From an uncultured Nitrososphaeraceae archaeon (lineage in GTDB: Archaea > Thermoproteota > Nitrososphaeria > Nitrososphaerales > Nitrososphaeraceae): DNA of 64,000 nucleotides. Shown here piece by piece: positions 23,158 to 34,682 of the stretch. Numbering within the stretch: the stretch's first letter is position 1; the number at the start of each line of letters is the position of its first letter. A program made the position numbers and the translations under genes. The notes below the pieces were generated by a model. That model saw nothing but the letters and a program-made list of their open reading frames with translations. It did not search any database and had not been told where the DNA came from. The stretch spans positions 1-64,000 of the forward strand of contig CAWIMJ010000016.1 in NCBI GenBank assembly GCA_963837175.1. Reading direction: 5' to 3'.

Positions 23158-23185
23158 TGAACCCACTTTAAAGTGGGCCCAAGGG
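23158..23185. repeat. att-like site: exact 12-bp tRNA-Ile 3' end
   Basis: TGGGCCCAAGGG at 23174 is identical to 52256..52267; it overlaps the perfect palindrome CCCACTTTAAAGTGGG (23162..23177). Confidence 0.75.
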
Positions 23186-23486
23186 TCTCCGTGACGCTAT
23201 CGGTTCTATAATAGGATTCTAAATTAAACTGGTAAAGCTAGAATTAAAGGTTTTCTTCATATTATTTCATCATCAGAGGTCAGTTTTAGCAATATAATAA
23301 GAGATGCTTCTAATTTGGGTCATAATGCATATCATAAATAGGGCACTAATATGCAAATTTGTCTCATACGATTTCTGGAAAAGATCTCCTTTTGATGTCT
23401 TTTTGGTTACTATAGATTTTCGTGCTATTGACCGTCTACTCTTAATGCTTTTTGACGATAAGGTCAGTTCTGGGTTTTCATAGGTA

Positions 23487-23534
23487 TAAGGCCAGTGGTT
23501 TGTGAACCAAATTTGACTTTTATTTTGATCTCTG
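23487..23534. repeat. Degenerate member of the 48-bp site family
   Basis: TAAGGCC-AGTGGTT-TGTGAACC-AAATTTGACTT-TTATTTT-GATCTCTG aligns without gaps to 39383. Confidence 0.55.
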
Positions 23535-23713
23535 ATAGATTTCTATATTACTTCATTACATGTTTGTATAACTCATAGGCATTCAAGCATAACAATGGAT
23601 TGCCTTAGCTATAGTTTTACATTTTTATTTCTACACAAAAAATTAAAATGATTTAAAAATGCCTTTATCATCCAAAGGATTTTAGTTCTTCCGATTTAGC
23701 ATTATTAGATTTT

Positions 23714-24226
23714 TTAAAAATTGAAGATATTTCTGATGAAATATATACAAAGGTAATAATAAGGCCAATTAGAAACATAATAAAAGCAAAAAGCATCCGA
23801 ATTATACTTGAAATATGGAGACCACCATTGATGCATCAGCGGGATAATTACTCCTAAAAACGCAAATAACCCAAAAGAAATAAATCCGAATTTCAAATGT
23901 TTTGGATAGACGAGAGAATGTAATTCTTCATTATACAATGTTAATTGTTGATTTAAAAATTTTAATTTATTCTCTTTTTCTCCTAATTCTTTTAGTAGTT
24001 CATTAAAACTTTGTTGTTCCTCTAAAGATATATTAGCTTCTATTATTCTTGAACCTATATCTTGAGTTAAAGGAGACAGTGATACTGAGGTTGAAGAAAA
24101 TGTATTTTTCTTTAATCTATCTTCTCTGATTTTGTTTAATTCGCTTATTATTGAATCTGATTGCTGTTTTAATTTTTTCAAAAAGTTTTCTGAAGGTCTG
24201 CCCTGAAAAATCTCTTGATAATACAT
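23714..24226 (-). pseudogene. C-terminal part of an AT-rich coiled-coil/TM protein
   Basis: Coiled coil followed by hydrophobic helices; probable N-terminal part at 25575..25823. Confidence 0.45.
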
Positions 24227-24229
24227 CCT

Positions 24230-25219
24230 TTATTGTCCCACTAAAGGTTGTATGTCAAGAATCACCCACCTTGCTTGAATAGCTTTAACTGGATGATAAA
24301 ATACTAACATTTTTGTACCATTAATTCCTTCTATAGTAGACCCCGACTTTCCAGCTATCGCATTTTTGAAGCTTTGAAAATTAGCAAATGTTTCATTTTG
24401 ATTAATTGATTGTTTTTTATCTGAATCAGCTATTTTCTGACCATGCTGGTCAACATAGACGATACGGTCATTGTCAGTAAGATTGAGTGATTGGAGGGAT
24501 TTATTGAAAACATCTAGGTCCAGGCCACCATACCACACTCCTACTAAAGATGGGTTATTAGTATTATTATTTTCAGATGAATAAATTGGAACCGCCATAT
24601 TCGCTTGTGGAAGACCACAACAAGCAGCAATGATTACATTGCCAAGATATGTATTATGGGTACTAACAGCTCCTTTATAATAATCTCTAAAAGCAAAGTT
24701 TGTTTTAGTGAGGTTTAATTGACGATAATACGGCTCCTCCATATACATATCACCATTAGGCATGAGGAAAGCTATAACACGAAAGTCGTTATACTTTGAT
24801 AGAATGTCTTGTGCTACTTTTCTTTTTGCTAAATCAGTATCCTTGGGTATACCATGTAAAGTATTATTAATTGAACTAGCAAAAGATACCTTTCCTACTT
24901 CTGGTAACTTACTTGTTATTTCTAAAATTGCAGCTGATTTGTTAAGTCTATTCTCTAAATTATTAGCTAAAAGTTTTATATTTAGAATTTTACTGCCCAG
25001 GGTGGTGGCATTATTTGATGATAATGACGATGGTGACGATTGATTTTCCGATGATGCTATTGGGGTGGCTTGGATTGTCCTGTCAATGCCAGTCACATTA
25101 CTACTGAACGCATATGCTGCTTGGAATAACAATAGTGTTGAAGATGCTGCTGCTACTATTCCTACTAGAACCAGAACAAGGGCTACAGATTTCTCTGAAA
25201 GGTTTCTGTTTGAAGGCAT
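24230..25219 (-). CDS. Secreted stand-alone dCache-domain protein
   Basis: Signal peptide; MPNGDMY..NFAFRDYYKGA, MAVPIY, YVDQHGQKIADSD. Confidence 0.8.
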   Translation of the reverse strand: MPSNRNLSEKSVALVLVLVGIVAAASSTLLLFQAAYAFSSNVTGIDRTIQATPIASSENQSSPSSLSSNNATTLGSKILNIKLLANNLENRLNKSAAILEITSKLPEVGKVSFASSINNTLHGIPKDTDLAKRKVAQDILSKYNDFRVIAFLMPNGDMYMEEPYYRQLNLTKTNFAFRDYYKGAVSTHNTYLGNVIIAACCGLPQANMAVPIYSSENNNTNNPSLVGVWYGGLDLDVFNKSLQSLNLTDNDRIVYVDQHGQKIADSDKKQSINQNETFANFQSFKNAIAGKSGSTIEGINGTKMLVFYHPVKAIQARWVILDIQPLVGQ

Positions 25220-25574
25220 TATTCATCTTTAGCTAAAAAAGGAGCTAATAAAAAAGTATTGCCAACCGGTTTATTGAGACTGTTCCTTCTCCTTATATCC
25301 TTATCTACTACTGCTTCCACCGCTTTTTATAGTACCATTAGCTGCAAGATGTAATACTGGTCCATCAGCACTTCCCCAAGGCTAGGGACAGCATCTATGA
25401 TATAAAGTTAGATTCAATTAAAGAGGAAGAAGCAATGACTAGAGTAATAGCTTAGCGAGAACTAAAGCCTTTGTAATATTATTATTTTCTTATATAATAA
25501 TACTCAAGCGATTAAATCATCGTAAGTGTTTATATTTGGAAAAACTGGAAAATGGAATTTATCTTTAATAATTT

Positions 25575-25823
25575 CTACAAAATATTGTAGGAGTTGGTTT
25601 GCTTTTCTTCTTGTGTATTTTTTTCTAATTTTAAATTTTTGATATTTTCAGTTTCGAAAGATATTTCAGACTTTGAATAATTAATTTTATGTTCTATTCT
25701 ACTCTTGTCACCTGCAATTGTCAAAATTTTGGTGGTATAAAAACCTGCTAAAATGGCAACAAAAGTTGCGGCAGATTGAGTTAAAGATGACATCAAAGTT
25801 TCATCGGTAAGAAAGTTTGCCAA
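25575..25823 (-). pseudogene. N-terminal part of an AT-rich TM/coiled-coil protein
   Basis: TM helix SAATFVAILAGFYTTKIL then coiled coil; same low GC as 23714. Confidence 0.4.
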
Positions 25824-26110
25824 TGTTAACTAAAATTAAGTACTTTAATAAATTTTTTAATAATTTGATCTTTTTATAATCAATAAGTGTAAAATCATTT
25901 TTTCATATGGTGGTTGTGTAAAGTAGTTTTATACTGAAACAAATTTGGCCTAAAAGGGATTAAAGTAATACTTATTTTAGTGATATTATTTAAATTACTA
26001 ACAAACTAATTCTAAATAAAGATTTGAGAACATTTTACAATTTTTAGCAAAAAATATTTGTTTAGATAAGAAAAATGTAGGAATAAAAAATTATTCATTA
26101 TTATTCAAAA

Positions 26111-26196
26111 TGGGCCAGGTCGTTTGTGAACTGTTATCGACACAAATTTGCGGCCCAAGGGTTATGAATCAAATCTGATTTGATATATGGACCCAT
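26111..26196. repeat. Two overlapping 48-bp-family sites (26111..26158 and 26150..26196), tRNA-Ile-type core
   Basis: TGGGCCA-GGTCGTT-TGTGAACT-GTTATCGACAC-AAATTTG-CGGCCCAA, then GCGGCCC-AAGGGTT-ATGAATC-AAATCTGATTT-GATATAT-GGACCCAT. Confidence 0.7.
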
Positions 26197-26244
26197 TTAC
26201 TATATTCCGTTCTTAATAAACGCAAAGTTAGATGGGTATTGGTC

Positions 26245-26292
26245 CGGGTTCGGTGGGATGCAGGACAGATTTGACTCATTTTTTCCACCCAA
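26245..26292. repeat. 48-bp site, class 2 core
   Basis: CGGGTTC-GGTGGGA-TGCAGGAC-AGATTTGACTC-ATTTTTT-CCACCCAA. Confidence 0.85.
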
Positions 26293-26426
26293 CTTAATAG
26301 TCGATATGCAGGTTAGATGGGATGCAATATACTAATGCATTTAATCCAATATAGGATTTGAGCTCAAATATGATATTACCGAAAACTCTTATAGTAAGTT
26401 GATAGCATACACTAATGCGTTAGCAG

Positions 26427-27473
26427 ATGCATTACACAAAAAAATCAAAGGAAGCTCAACTTCACCATCTAATATCGTCCTTTATCTTGTTGTTTGTGTT
26501 GATTATTTCCTCTTCAATAGTAACTAATACCCACATTGTATATGGTCAAACAAATCAAACTATAGCGAAGAATGAAGACTTACTGAATATACAAGATATC
26601 CCAGCAAAAAAAGTCCATGTAGGAGATATCGATGTTGCGTACAAAATGTTTGGAAACGGTGACCCTATAATACTTTTCAGTGGCGCCTCTGATAATATGG
26701 ATGCCTGGGACCCATCCCTTCTAAAAGGTATTTCTTCAAATCACACAGTGATTGTGTTTGATCAACGTGGAATTGGAAACACAACAGTTGGTACCAATCC
26801 ATACACTCCTCAGCAACTAGCAAACGATACAGCTGGTTTGCTTGATGCTCTGAAAATACCAAAAGCAGATGTTATGGGATATTCTCTTGGATCATATTTA
26901 GCCCAACAGCTTACAATCATGTATCCAAATAAGGTTAACAGCCTTGTACTTGTTGCTTCATCATGTGGTGGAAAAAATCATACACCTAAACCACCTGAGT
27001 TTCTAGAATTGCAATCCGAAATTGTAAACAACTCTCTACATAATATTCCCATGACTCAGGAGGAAATAAAATCGCTTGTATCTGCCTCATTAGGATCAGG
27101 ATGGATCAAATTACATCCTGAATCTCTTGAAGGATTTGAAAACATTACAACATTCCAACAATTGAAGCCTGCTGTGAACCCTGAAATGGTGAATAATCAG
27201 AATAATGTAGGAAAGCATTGGGAGGACAATCCAAACTGGAGTGGTGCTTGTGATGAGCTTGCGAAATTGGATAAACCCACGTTGGTCATAACTGGAACAG
27301 ATGATAATTTCTACGAGCCACATGTCAATTCTTTAAAGATTGCAGAAAAGATTCCAGGAGCCTGGCTTGTACAGATCAAAGATGCTAGTCATGCAGTCCC
27401 GGATCAATATCCGGATGAAATTGGTAAGATATTAAATACATTTCTATCGACGACATCAACTCCACCTAGCTAA
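26427..27473 (+). CDS. Secreted alpha/beta hydrolase
   Basis: FDQRGIG, MGYSLG, ITGTDD, DASH; signal peptide. Confidence 0.85.
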   Translation: MHYTKKSKEAQLHHLISSFILLFVLIISSSIVTNTHIVYGQTNQTIAKNEDLLNIQDIPAKKVHVGDIDVAYKMFGNGDPIILFSGASDNMDAWDPSLLKGISSNHTVIVFDQRGIGNTTVGTNPYTPQQLANDTAGLLDALKIPKADVMGYSLGSYLAQQLTIMYPNKVNSLVLVASSCGGKNHTPKPPEFLELQSEIVNNSLHNIPMTQEEIKSLVSASLGSGWIKLHPESLEGFENITTFQQLKPAVNPEMVNNQNNVGKHWEDNPNWSGACDELAKLDKPTLVITGTDDNFYEPHVNSLKIAEKIPGAWLVQIKDASHAVPDQYPDEIGKILNTFLSTTSTPPS

Positions 27474-27597
27474 TGTAGGTATTATATTGGAATAAGCTTA
27501 TCCACTATATTCCCTGAGGTTAGGCACATAATGCCATAACAAGACATCAAAATTGGGTTCAATCAAAACTAAGGCTAGCGAAATGAGGTTCCTATAA

Positions 27598-27918
<321 letters not shown>

Positions 27919-27953
27919 GATGTAAAGGTATATTTCCCTTCGAACGGAGGAAA

Positions 27954-28553
27954 TTAGGCAAAGGAGCCGGTTTTGACTTCGCCCTCACGTTTGTAGTTAG
28001 CTACGATGACTCCCTGTGGTGATACTTTTGAATCAATAAGTTTCCAACCTGCGGGGATGGTGCCTTCGGTGAAAAGTTTCCTTCCTTTTCCGAGTGTGAT
28101 AGGAAAGATTTTGAGCCAGAGTTCGCCGACCAAATCATGTTTTAATAATGTCTGGATGAGATTGCCGCTGCCGTAAACCTGCAAGTCAGGACCATCTTGT
28201 TCTTTCAGCTTCTTAATTTCATTTGCAACATCTCCTTTTAAGAAGACAGAATTATTCCATTCATGTTTTGTAAGTGAGTTTGAGGCGACATATTTTGTTA
28301 CTGTGTTGATACCAGGCCATTTATCTTCATGTTTCGGCCAATATGAGGCAAATATTTCAAATGTCCTTCTTCCAAGCAGTAAGTCAAAAGGTTTAGTCAT
28401 TTGCTCCCCCATCACCCCGTTCATGAATTCATCAAAGTATGGTACGGTCCATCCACCGTATTCAAATCCACCTGAAGTGTCTTCCTCCGGTCCGCCTGGT
28501 GCCTGCATGACACCATCCAGGGATATAAATGTGAGAATAATAATCTTTCTCAT
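27954..28553 (-). CDS. Dihydrofolate reductase / RibD C-terminal family protein
   Basis: FISLDGVMQAPGGPEED, LLLGRRTFE, VYGSGNL, PITLGKG. Confidence 0.9.
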   Translation of the reverse strand: MRKIIILTFISLDGVMQAPGGPEEDTSGGFEYGGWTVPYFDEFMNGVMGEQMTKPFDLLLGRRTFEIFASYWPKHEDKWPGINTVTKYVASNSLTKHEWNNSVFLKGDVANEIKKLKEQDGPDLQVYGSGNLIQTLLKHDLVGELWLKIFPITLGKGRKLFTEGTIPAGWKLIDSKVSPQGVIVANYKREGEVKTGSFA

Positions 28554-29217
28554 ATTCTGTCTATACTAGCTAGGATTCTAAATTTTTTTCTCTGTTACAA
28601 GGATTTTCAATGCGTTTTTGATATTTGATAGCGATCTAATATCCCTTTTTGATGTAGGAATATTGCCTTTCTTAGTCAGAGCAATATTGAAAACTAGTTT
28701 AGCTATACGAGGTTCGGAATATGGTTGGTTCTCTTTTCTAGAAAAATTTCTATTTTATCTGAATATTTTGCACAGATACAAACTATGGATGCAAGAGATA
28801 CTCTAAAGTATACTATAGGTGTAGATGTTGTAGCTGAAATGTTAGATTTCATGCCAGCTGGTCGATAGTTGCTGCTGATGTTTGGTTGTTATTCTGTGCA
28901 CATATTGGACTGGCCGAAGGCCATATACCTGACAATACTCCTGTCAACAAGAACATTGTCATCATTGGAATGAACATTGAAATTATGTTCATATTCTGGG
29001 AAACAAGCATGTCCTATTTAAGTAAAAATGGGATATTCATTATGTAGTCCTTGGACCCTATTTCCATAAACCCATAGCCGTAGTATACATTTGCAGTATA
29101 TTCTTGGCGTTAGATGTATTCATTTTATACCAATTAGAAATTGTGGGATTAGTTCCCTGCATGTATAAGGGTCCTGTTAATTTCTATATTTAGTTTTTTT
29201 CTTTTACTAACGTTCTA

Positions 29218-29297
29218 TGGGTTGGTTAGAACTTAAGACAAATCTGACATCTATGCGGTGGGATGCGGGACAAATTTGACTCTATTTTGCCACCCAG
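29218..29297. repeat. 48-bp site (29250..29297, class 2) preceded by a truncated degenerate copy (29218..29250)
   Basis: GGTGGGA-TGCGGGAC-AAATTTGACTC-TATTTTG-CCACCCAG; upstream TGGGTTG-GTTAGAA-CTTAAGAC-AAATCTGACAT. Confidence 0.8.
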
Positions 29298-29394
29298 ATT
29301 ATATTTCATGAATCGATAATTTGGATATTGTGTGCATGCTGTGGCAATTTGGGCGTAAGTTGAGTAGTTTATTGATTTATTATTATTATTATTA

Positions 29395-29903
29395 TCATCT
29401 TCTAAGATAATCCTCTGGTCTTATAACCGCTATTAATTCTGCTCTGATATTGTTTTTTTCCTGTTTAAGATCAGACCATTTCTCTATCGGTAATTTCAAA
29501 TGAGCTAGAGCACATGCGGACATTGTTATATCTAATAAACCTGTAAATACTTCCATTGTTTCTTCGACTGCTGGGTTATGTCCTACAAATAATATACGCA
29601 CATATCTATCAGAAAGTCCTTCTATGATTTTCAAGTAGTCTTTTGGTTTAGCCTTATAAAGGGACTGTTCAAAAACAATATCTCCTTTATATTCACAACC
29701 CTCTGCCACAAGCTCTGTTGTAGTTTTAGCCCGTACTGCAGTTGAGCTTAAAATGAAATCTGGGATTAGATCTTTATCTCTGATTAGCTTTCCCATTTGT
29801 AATGCATCCTTCTTTGCAAGTTCATCTAATGGCCTTTCATGATCTGCTATGTTTGGGTCTTTCAAGCTAGATTTTGCATGACGAAGAATAAGTAGGGTTT
29901 CAA
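29395..29903 (-). CDS. sixA: SixA-like histidine phosphatase
   Basis: In-frame TLLILRHAKSS upstream of the called start; DHERPL, SSTAVRA, VGHNP; the likely TTG start appears shifted by 1 nt. Confidence 0.8.
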
Positions 29904-30664
29904 TTTTTTATTATATCAACTACATATGGCAGGTTTTTTATTGTATATCTGAGTCCCAATGTATGTGTGGCTGTTATTAGATTTCTTTTCATCTCTAATA
30001 GTATTCAACAATACATATTCTTCTTATCATATTATATTCTCTGAAGACAAATATTTCATCATTTTCATGTTCTGTTATTCTGAAGATGTGAAAATGCACC
30101 TTAGAAATCAACATCCATTAGCTTCTTTCATATGCTTGTTTTATAAGAGATAATGCATAGGGATTTCACTTTTTTCTTTAATAGTTATTTCAGTTTTACC
30201 GCTTGAGTAATGACCTATATCCTTAACGTCTCTTGCTTTCTTTAAAGGATCATCTACTTGGTCTATTTCGATATTAAGATATATGCCTTAAGCTTTGATT
30301 TTAGAAAAAGAAAACTCACAAAGGCTGATTCTTTATGTAATGTAATAATGAAACGGCTAAGAAGTAGAATTATTCGATTGTTTGGGACTGGTCATATGCT
30401 GATGCTGATGATGATGGTAAACATCAGAAATTGGAGTATCTAGTAAAGACAAAAGAAATGGTATCCATATATTGTATATGTATATACGCCACTCTGTGCG
30501 ATTATGCTATCTATTATATTTACAAGTACAAAAAAACATCGCAGAGCAATTGAACAAATAACAACAGAAAACACATCATAAAACTATAAATAACATATAT
30601 ATCATGTTCTTGTCATAAATGGTAGAATTTAGCAGTTGTTGCTGCTATAACAAGATTATTTATA

Positions 30665-31043
30665 ATGAGTTATGAAACCCCAATGAAAACGACCATTTCT
30701 CTTATATTGTTTTCACTTTTAACTATTACATTGCTGATATCTACTATAGTATTTTCTTCAGAAATAGGTATAGCTAATGCACAGGGATATTCTGTAATTG
30801 CTACTATACCTGTTGGTAATGATCCATTTGGAGTTACTATTAATCCAACTAATGGCTTGGTATATGTGGCCAATGCTGATTCTAATACATGTCTCTGTAA
30901 TAAATCCTGCAACTAACACAGTAGTTGCTACTATACCTGTTGGTGGTGGTCCAAATGGAGTTGCTATTAACCCAACTAATGGCTTGGTATATGTAACCAA
31001 TGATGATTCAAACACAGTCTCTGTAGTTTCTACAGTATCATAA
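30665..31043 (+). CDS. Secreted YVTN/YncE beta-propeller repeat protein (only two blades), +1 frameshift near 30890
   Basis: Two [19 protein letters not shown](A/T)N..SNTVSV repeats. Confidence 0.7.
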
Positions 31044-31529
31044 CCCCTACTACTACCACCAACTACTACTATACCAGGTTTAGATGCAGCAGCAAAAGCA
31101 GCTAATCAAACATGCAGAGAAAAAGCAGTTGATTAAAGTGCTATAGTAGTAATGATTTCTCAAAGCAGCATGGAAGTGATGATGATGATAGGGTAACAAG
31201 ACTTCCTGACTGGCAGTAGATATAGTGATAATAAAGAAGATGATGGTGTTATGACGTCATTAGAAAGTGTTGATGAGGAATTAAAAAGAGTGCAGCAAAT
31301 GCATCAGGTATGTCTATACAACCATAATAGATTGAGGATTGATCTTAATTTCGTAGCCGCATATATGAGATAACAACTTCATATATCTCTTGATACGTAT
31401 TGTTCTAGTTTAATCATTCATCCTTTGATAAATGCAATGGTGAATCCAGTTGACATACTACAGTTTAAGTGGATGGGCTTCAAGCGGTTTGCAATAGACT
31501 TATAATCAATACTCTTCCTTGGACCAATC

Positions 31530-31744
31530 CAATCGTTGAAAGAGAACTTATGGAAATATGACACAGGAAGCTGGTGGTCATATTATATGATCAGATGGAG
31601 AATTTGGCCTCCTCTGATTACCATACATTACATATTACTCAGTTGAAAAATCTATATGAAATCATCGGCGAACACATATTAAAAGAGTATAGCGATAGAT
31701 TTGAAAGATATAAGAGAAATGCACCGATAGAGACGACTTCTTAG
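31530..31744 (+). pseudogene. C-terminal relic resembling the D-glucuronyl C5-epimerase family
   Basis: LWKYDTGSWWSYY / LASSDYHTLHITQLKNLYEIIGEHILKEYSDRFERY across a frameshift. Confidence 0.55.
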
Positions 31745-31901
31745 AGATATCTTTAAGAATTGCTGCAATGATAACACAGGGCTATTGAATCCAGAATGCC
31801 ATCCAGCTTATCTATGAATCGGATCAACAGCTAAAATCTATTATGAGCTGTTCAATTTATAAAATAATATCTCCTAATAATAATTAACATGAGCTCATTT
31901 A

Positions 31902-33120
31902 TCAATCAGTAATATCGCCTTTACTTTTACCAAAACTTTCTGGCTCTTCTGTTCTGTACACGTCACTTTGATTAGGTAAGATTGAGAATTGAGAAGATAG
32001 AGGAGACGATAACACAGGATTTGAAGAAGAAGCGGCAGCAATAGTAGCTATAGCATTGTTTGTCGATACTTCAACAAGGTTTTGATAATTCTTTTCTGCC
32101 AAGTCTAATATCCTATCCTTATTGGTTTCAAGGTATTTGATAGCGTTATCGTTGTCATCGTTATCATTGTGTCTACGGTCGTTTACATTAGTAAGTGATA
32201 TTGTGTAAATAGAATTAACCATTTTTGGATTAGCTTTTAACGTCTGGAGTAGTGCTATAAAAGATACTGATATTACTTGTTTATTTTCTGATAAAACGGC
32301 TTTAACATTTTCTTTGACTATCTGCTTTCTTTGAAAAGCCTTCTTCATTATCATTGTTATTCAGAATATTAGCAATCAACTTTTCTATTCTATCCTTTTT
32401 GTCAATAAGCTCATGTAATTCTTGTTTTATTCTCTTGCATTCTTGTTCACAAGAGAATGCAGTTTTATCTAATATTGATATTTTATATTTCAAAGCTTCT
32501 ATATCATTTACCAAACGTTGTCTTGTGTGTTGTAGTTTTTCTACCTCTTCTTTTAGCTGGTTATAGAGACTTTCCATATAAGGAAGTTTATCGGCAGCAA
32601 TATCTACAGTATTCACCACTTTCTCTACACTCATTCCGCTTTCCGCTATTAGTTCTTTGTATAATTTCAAAAACGGTCCCAATTGGCCATTTGTCTCTTT
32701 GTATACGGAAATGAGTATATCCAATTGCTTTAGCTTGCAATATTCTATGAACAATTTGGTTGCCTCTGGCTCTCTCAGGCTGAGTTCAATGGCAACTTCC
32801 ACAGGTTTCTTACCTTTAGAAAAGAGTTTGTAGGCTTTGGAAGATATCTCTTCTTCCTGTTGCTGACGTTTATGTTTTTGTAGTCTGGCTTGTTCTTCCT
32901 TTACGATAGCGTGTATATCACGTGGTGAGATGTGCTCTATTTGCGCAATTTCAGCGTAAGATTTGTGCTGGTTGAAATATAGATCTATTACCCGTTTTCT
33001 TCTGTCTTCTGTTATCTGCAAATGTATTTCTAATAGTATAGTTAATCGATCCTTAAAAAGGGAACGATTCTGATACCTCTTGCTCTCACATACGATATCA
33101 AAATATTCCCTTATTATCAT
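31902..33120 (-). CDS. HTH plus coiled-coil protein, split by a frameshift near 32335
   Basis: RVIDLYFNQHKSYAEIAQIEHISPRDI and KKPVEVAIELSL HTHs; ORFs 32302 and 31902 overlap. Confidence 0.7.
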
Positions 33121-33805
33121 CTACTTTCTTCTTTATAGTAATGCTTCGTAAAGTACTAAAGATTGAGTGTTCTTGTGATTTTACAATAATAACATCCAAA
33201 ATCGGCTGAGACAGTAAAGCAAGCAACAATGAAAATTATATTAGAAATAGATAGATTCTCTCTATTCAAACCAGAATAGAAAATGGTTCTCTAAAAGTTA
33301 TTAATCGGGAAATTTCTCACATTTCACCATCCTCCACGCATAGGTCGGTCTAAATCCGTGATCACTTCTAATAAGATTATAATAATCACCATGCAATGAG
33401 AAGAAATGTACTTCCGCAGATGAAACATTTGAATTCTTTCTCAACCATAGATTAGATTCCTACTAATAACAATAAGAAATATTTTACTCATCCATCCATC
33501 CATCTAATACTATTCCCAAATGCCCAATGAAGAAATCGAATTGCTTAACCTTATGGCTGCAGAGACTAGCGCTATAAGGTTGTTTTATGTCTTTAATCTT
33601 CTGGAGAAATTAGTGTGTATGCTCAAAGAAAGACAATGCAAGATATATTGTTTGGATTAATAAGCGATTTTGTATCTGTCATTAACCTACTCGCATTCTT
33701 TAAATTCCAAAAGGATCTCCTTCTTATCTTGTTGCTTTGTGTCTCTAATACTAATCAGTATTGTTGTTGCATATAATAATAATATATACCTGAACTAATT
33801 GTTGC

Positions 33806-34141
33806 ATGACACACATAAATAGTAGCAAATCTGTCTATCTGTTACATTTGTCTCACTATATCTTACTCATAAATTGGACAGAGCAAGGCATTAACAAAAT
33901 TAAAGAATCTTCAGACCGTTTCAGTTCCTTTAAAGCATCGGTCGAAAAAGCAGGTGGAAAATTGATTGGAGGTTACTATACTTTCGGAGAATATGATGTG
34001 GTAATAATTATAGAAGCTCCAAATGATGAAGCAGTACTGTCTCTGATGCTCAAAGTTGGGTCAGCTGGAAATGTGAGAACCAAAACCTTGAAAGCATTTG
34101 TCGCTGAGGAAGGATTGAAGATTATAAAGGATCTTCCATAA
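33806..34141 (+). CDS. GYD domain protein
   Basis: NWTEQG, YYTFGEYDVV, GNVRTKTLKAF. Confidence 0.85.
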   Translation: MTHINSSKSVYLLHLSHYILLINWTEQGINKIKESSDRFSSFKASVEKAGGKLIGGYYTFGEYDVVIIIEAPNDEAVLSLMLKVGSAGNVRTKTLKAFVAEEGLKIIKDLP

Positions 34142-34232
34142 TCCATTGATTAACAGATAGATAAACGATTATCAGAGCGCATAAAACCATATTACCTAGA
34201 ATTAATAGTAGATTCTCATTCATATTGCCTAT

Positions 34233-34675
34233 GACGAGTACGATGTCTGGGTCTGACTTCATACGATAACCTTCTGTCACCGCTTGTACCTCATTTTGTT
34301 GTCCGACAGGAAAGTATGCCGCTTCATCTAACAATATAAATTTGACATTTGTATAACCTCTCAGGGTCTGTACGGTATGCGAAGGAAAAGCTTGTATTGT
34401 TGTATCTTTTATGTAAATTATAGGGCCTACTTGCTTGCATTCTACCGCAACTTTACCAGCGATAAGTAAATCATGTAACCTATCAATTAAATCCTCAGCT
34501 AAGTTAATTCTATGGCCGGTTACTATATGGAAATGTGATCCGTTATAATCATCATTTTTACTGCAAGATAGGCCATATACATAAGTATTAATTCAGTAAT
34601 ACCCAACCCTCTTGCTTTCTTGACAAATACGCTCTTATCATTATCCAGGGCATTGACTAACTGCATTTCATAATC
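34233..34675 (-). pseudogene. Terminase large subunit ATPase-domain relic
   Basis: Manual translation DYEMQL..VFVKKARGLGITE (Walker A-like)..AFPSH..LRGYTNVKFILLDEAAYF (Walker B); truncated at both ends. Confidence 0.7.
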
Positions 34676-34682
34676 AACTGCC

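Noticed and set aside
23333-25966. Further possible site relics (CAAATTTGTCTCA at 23354; TGAAACAAATTTGGCC at 25935; also TTTGACGAGTCAAA near 8229)
   Set aside because: Only the central motif matches and the arms do not; could be chance in AT-rich DNA
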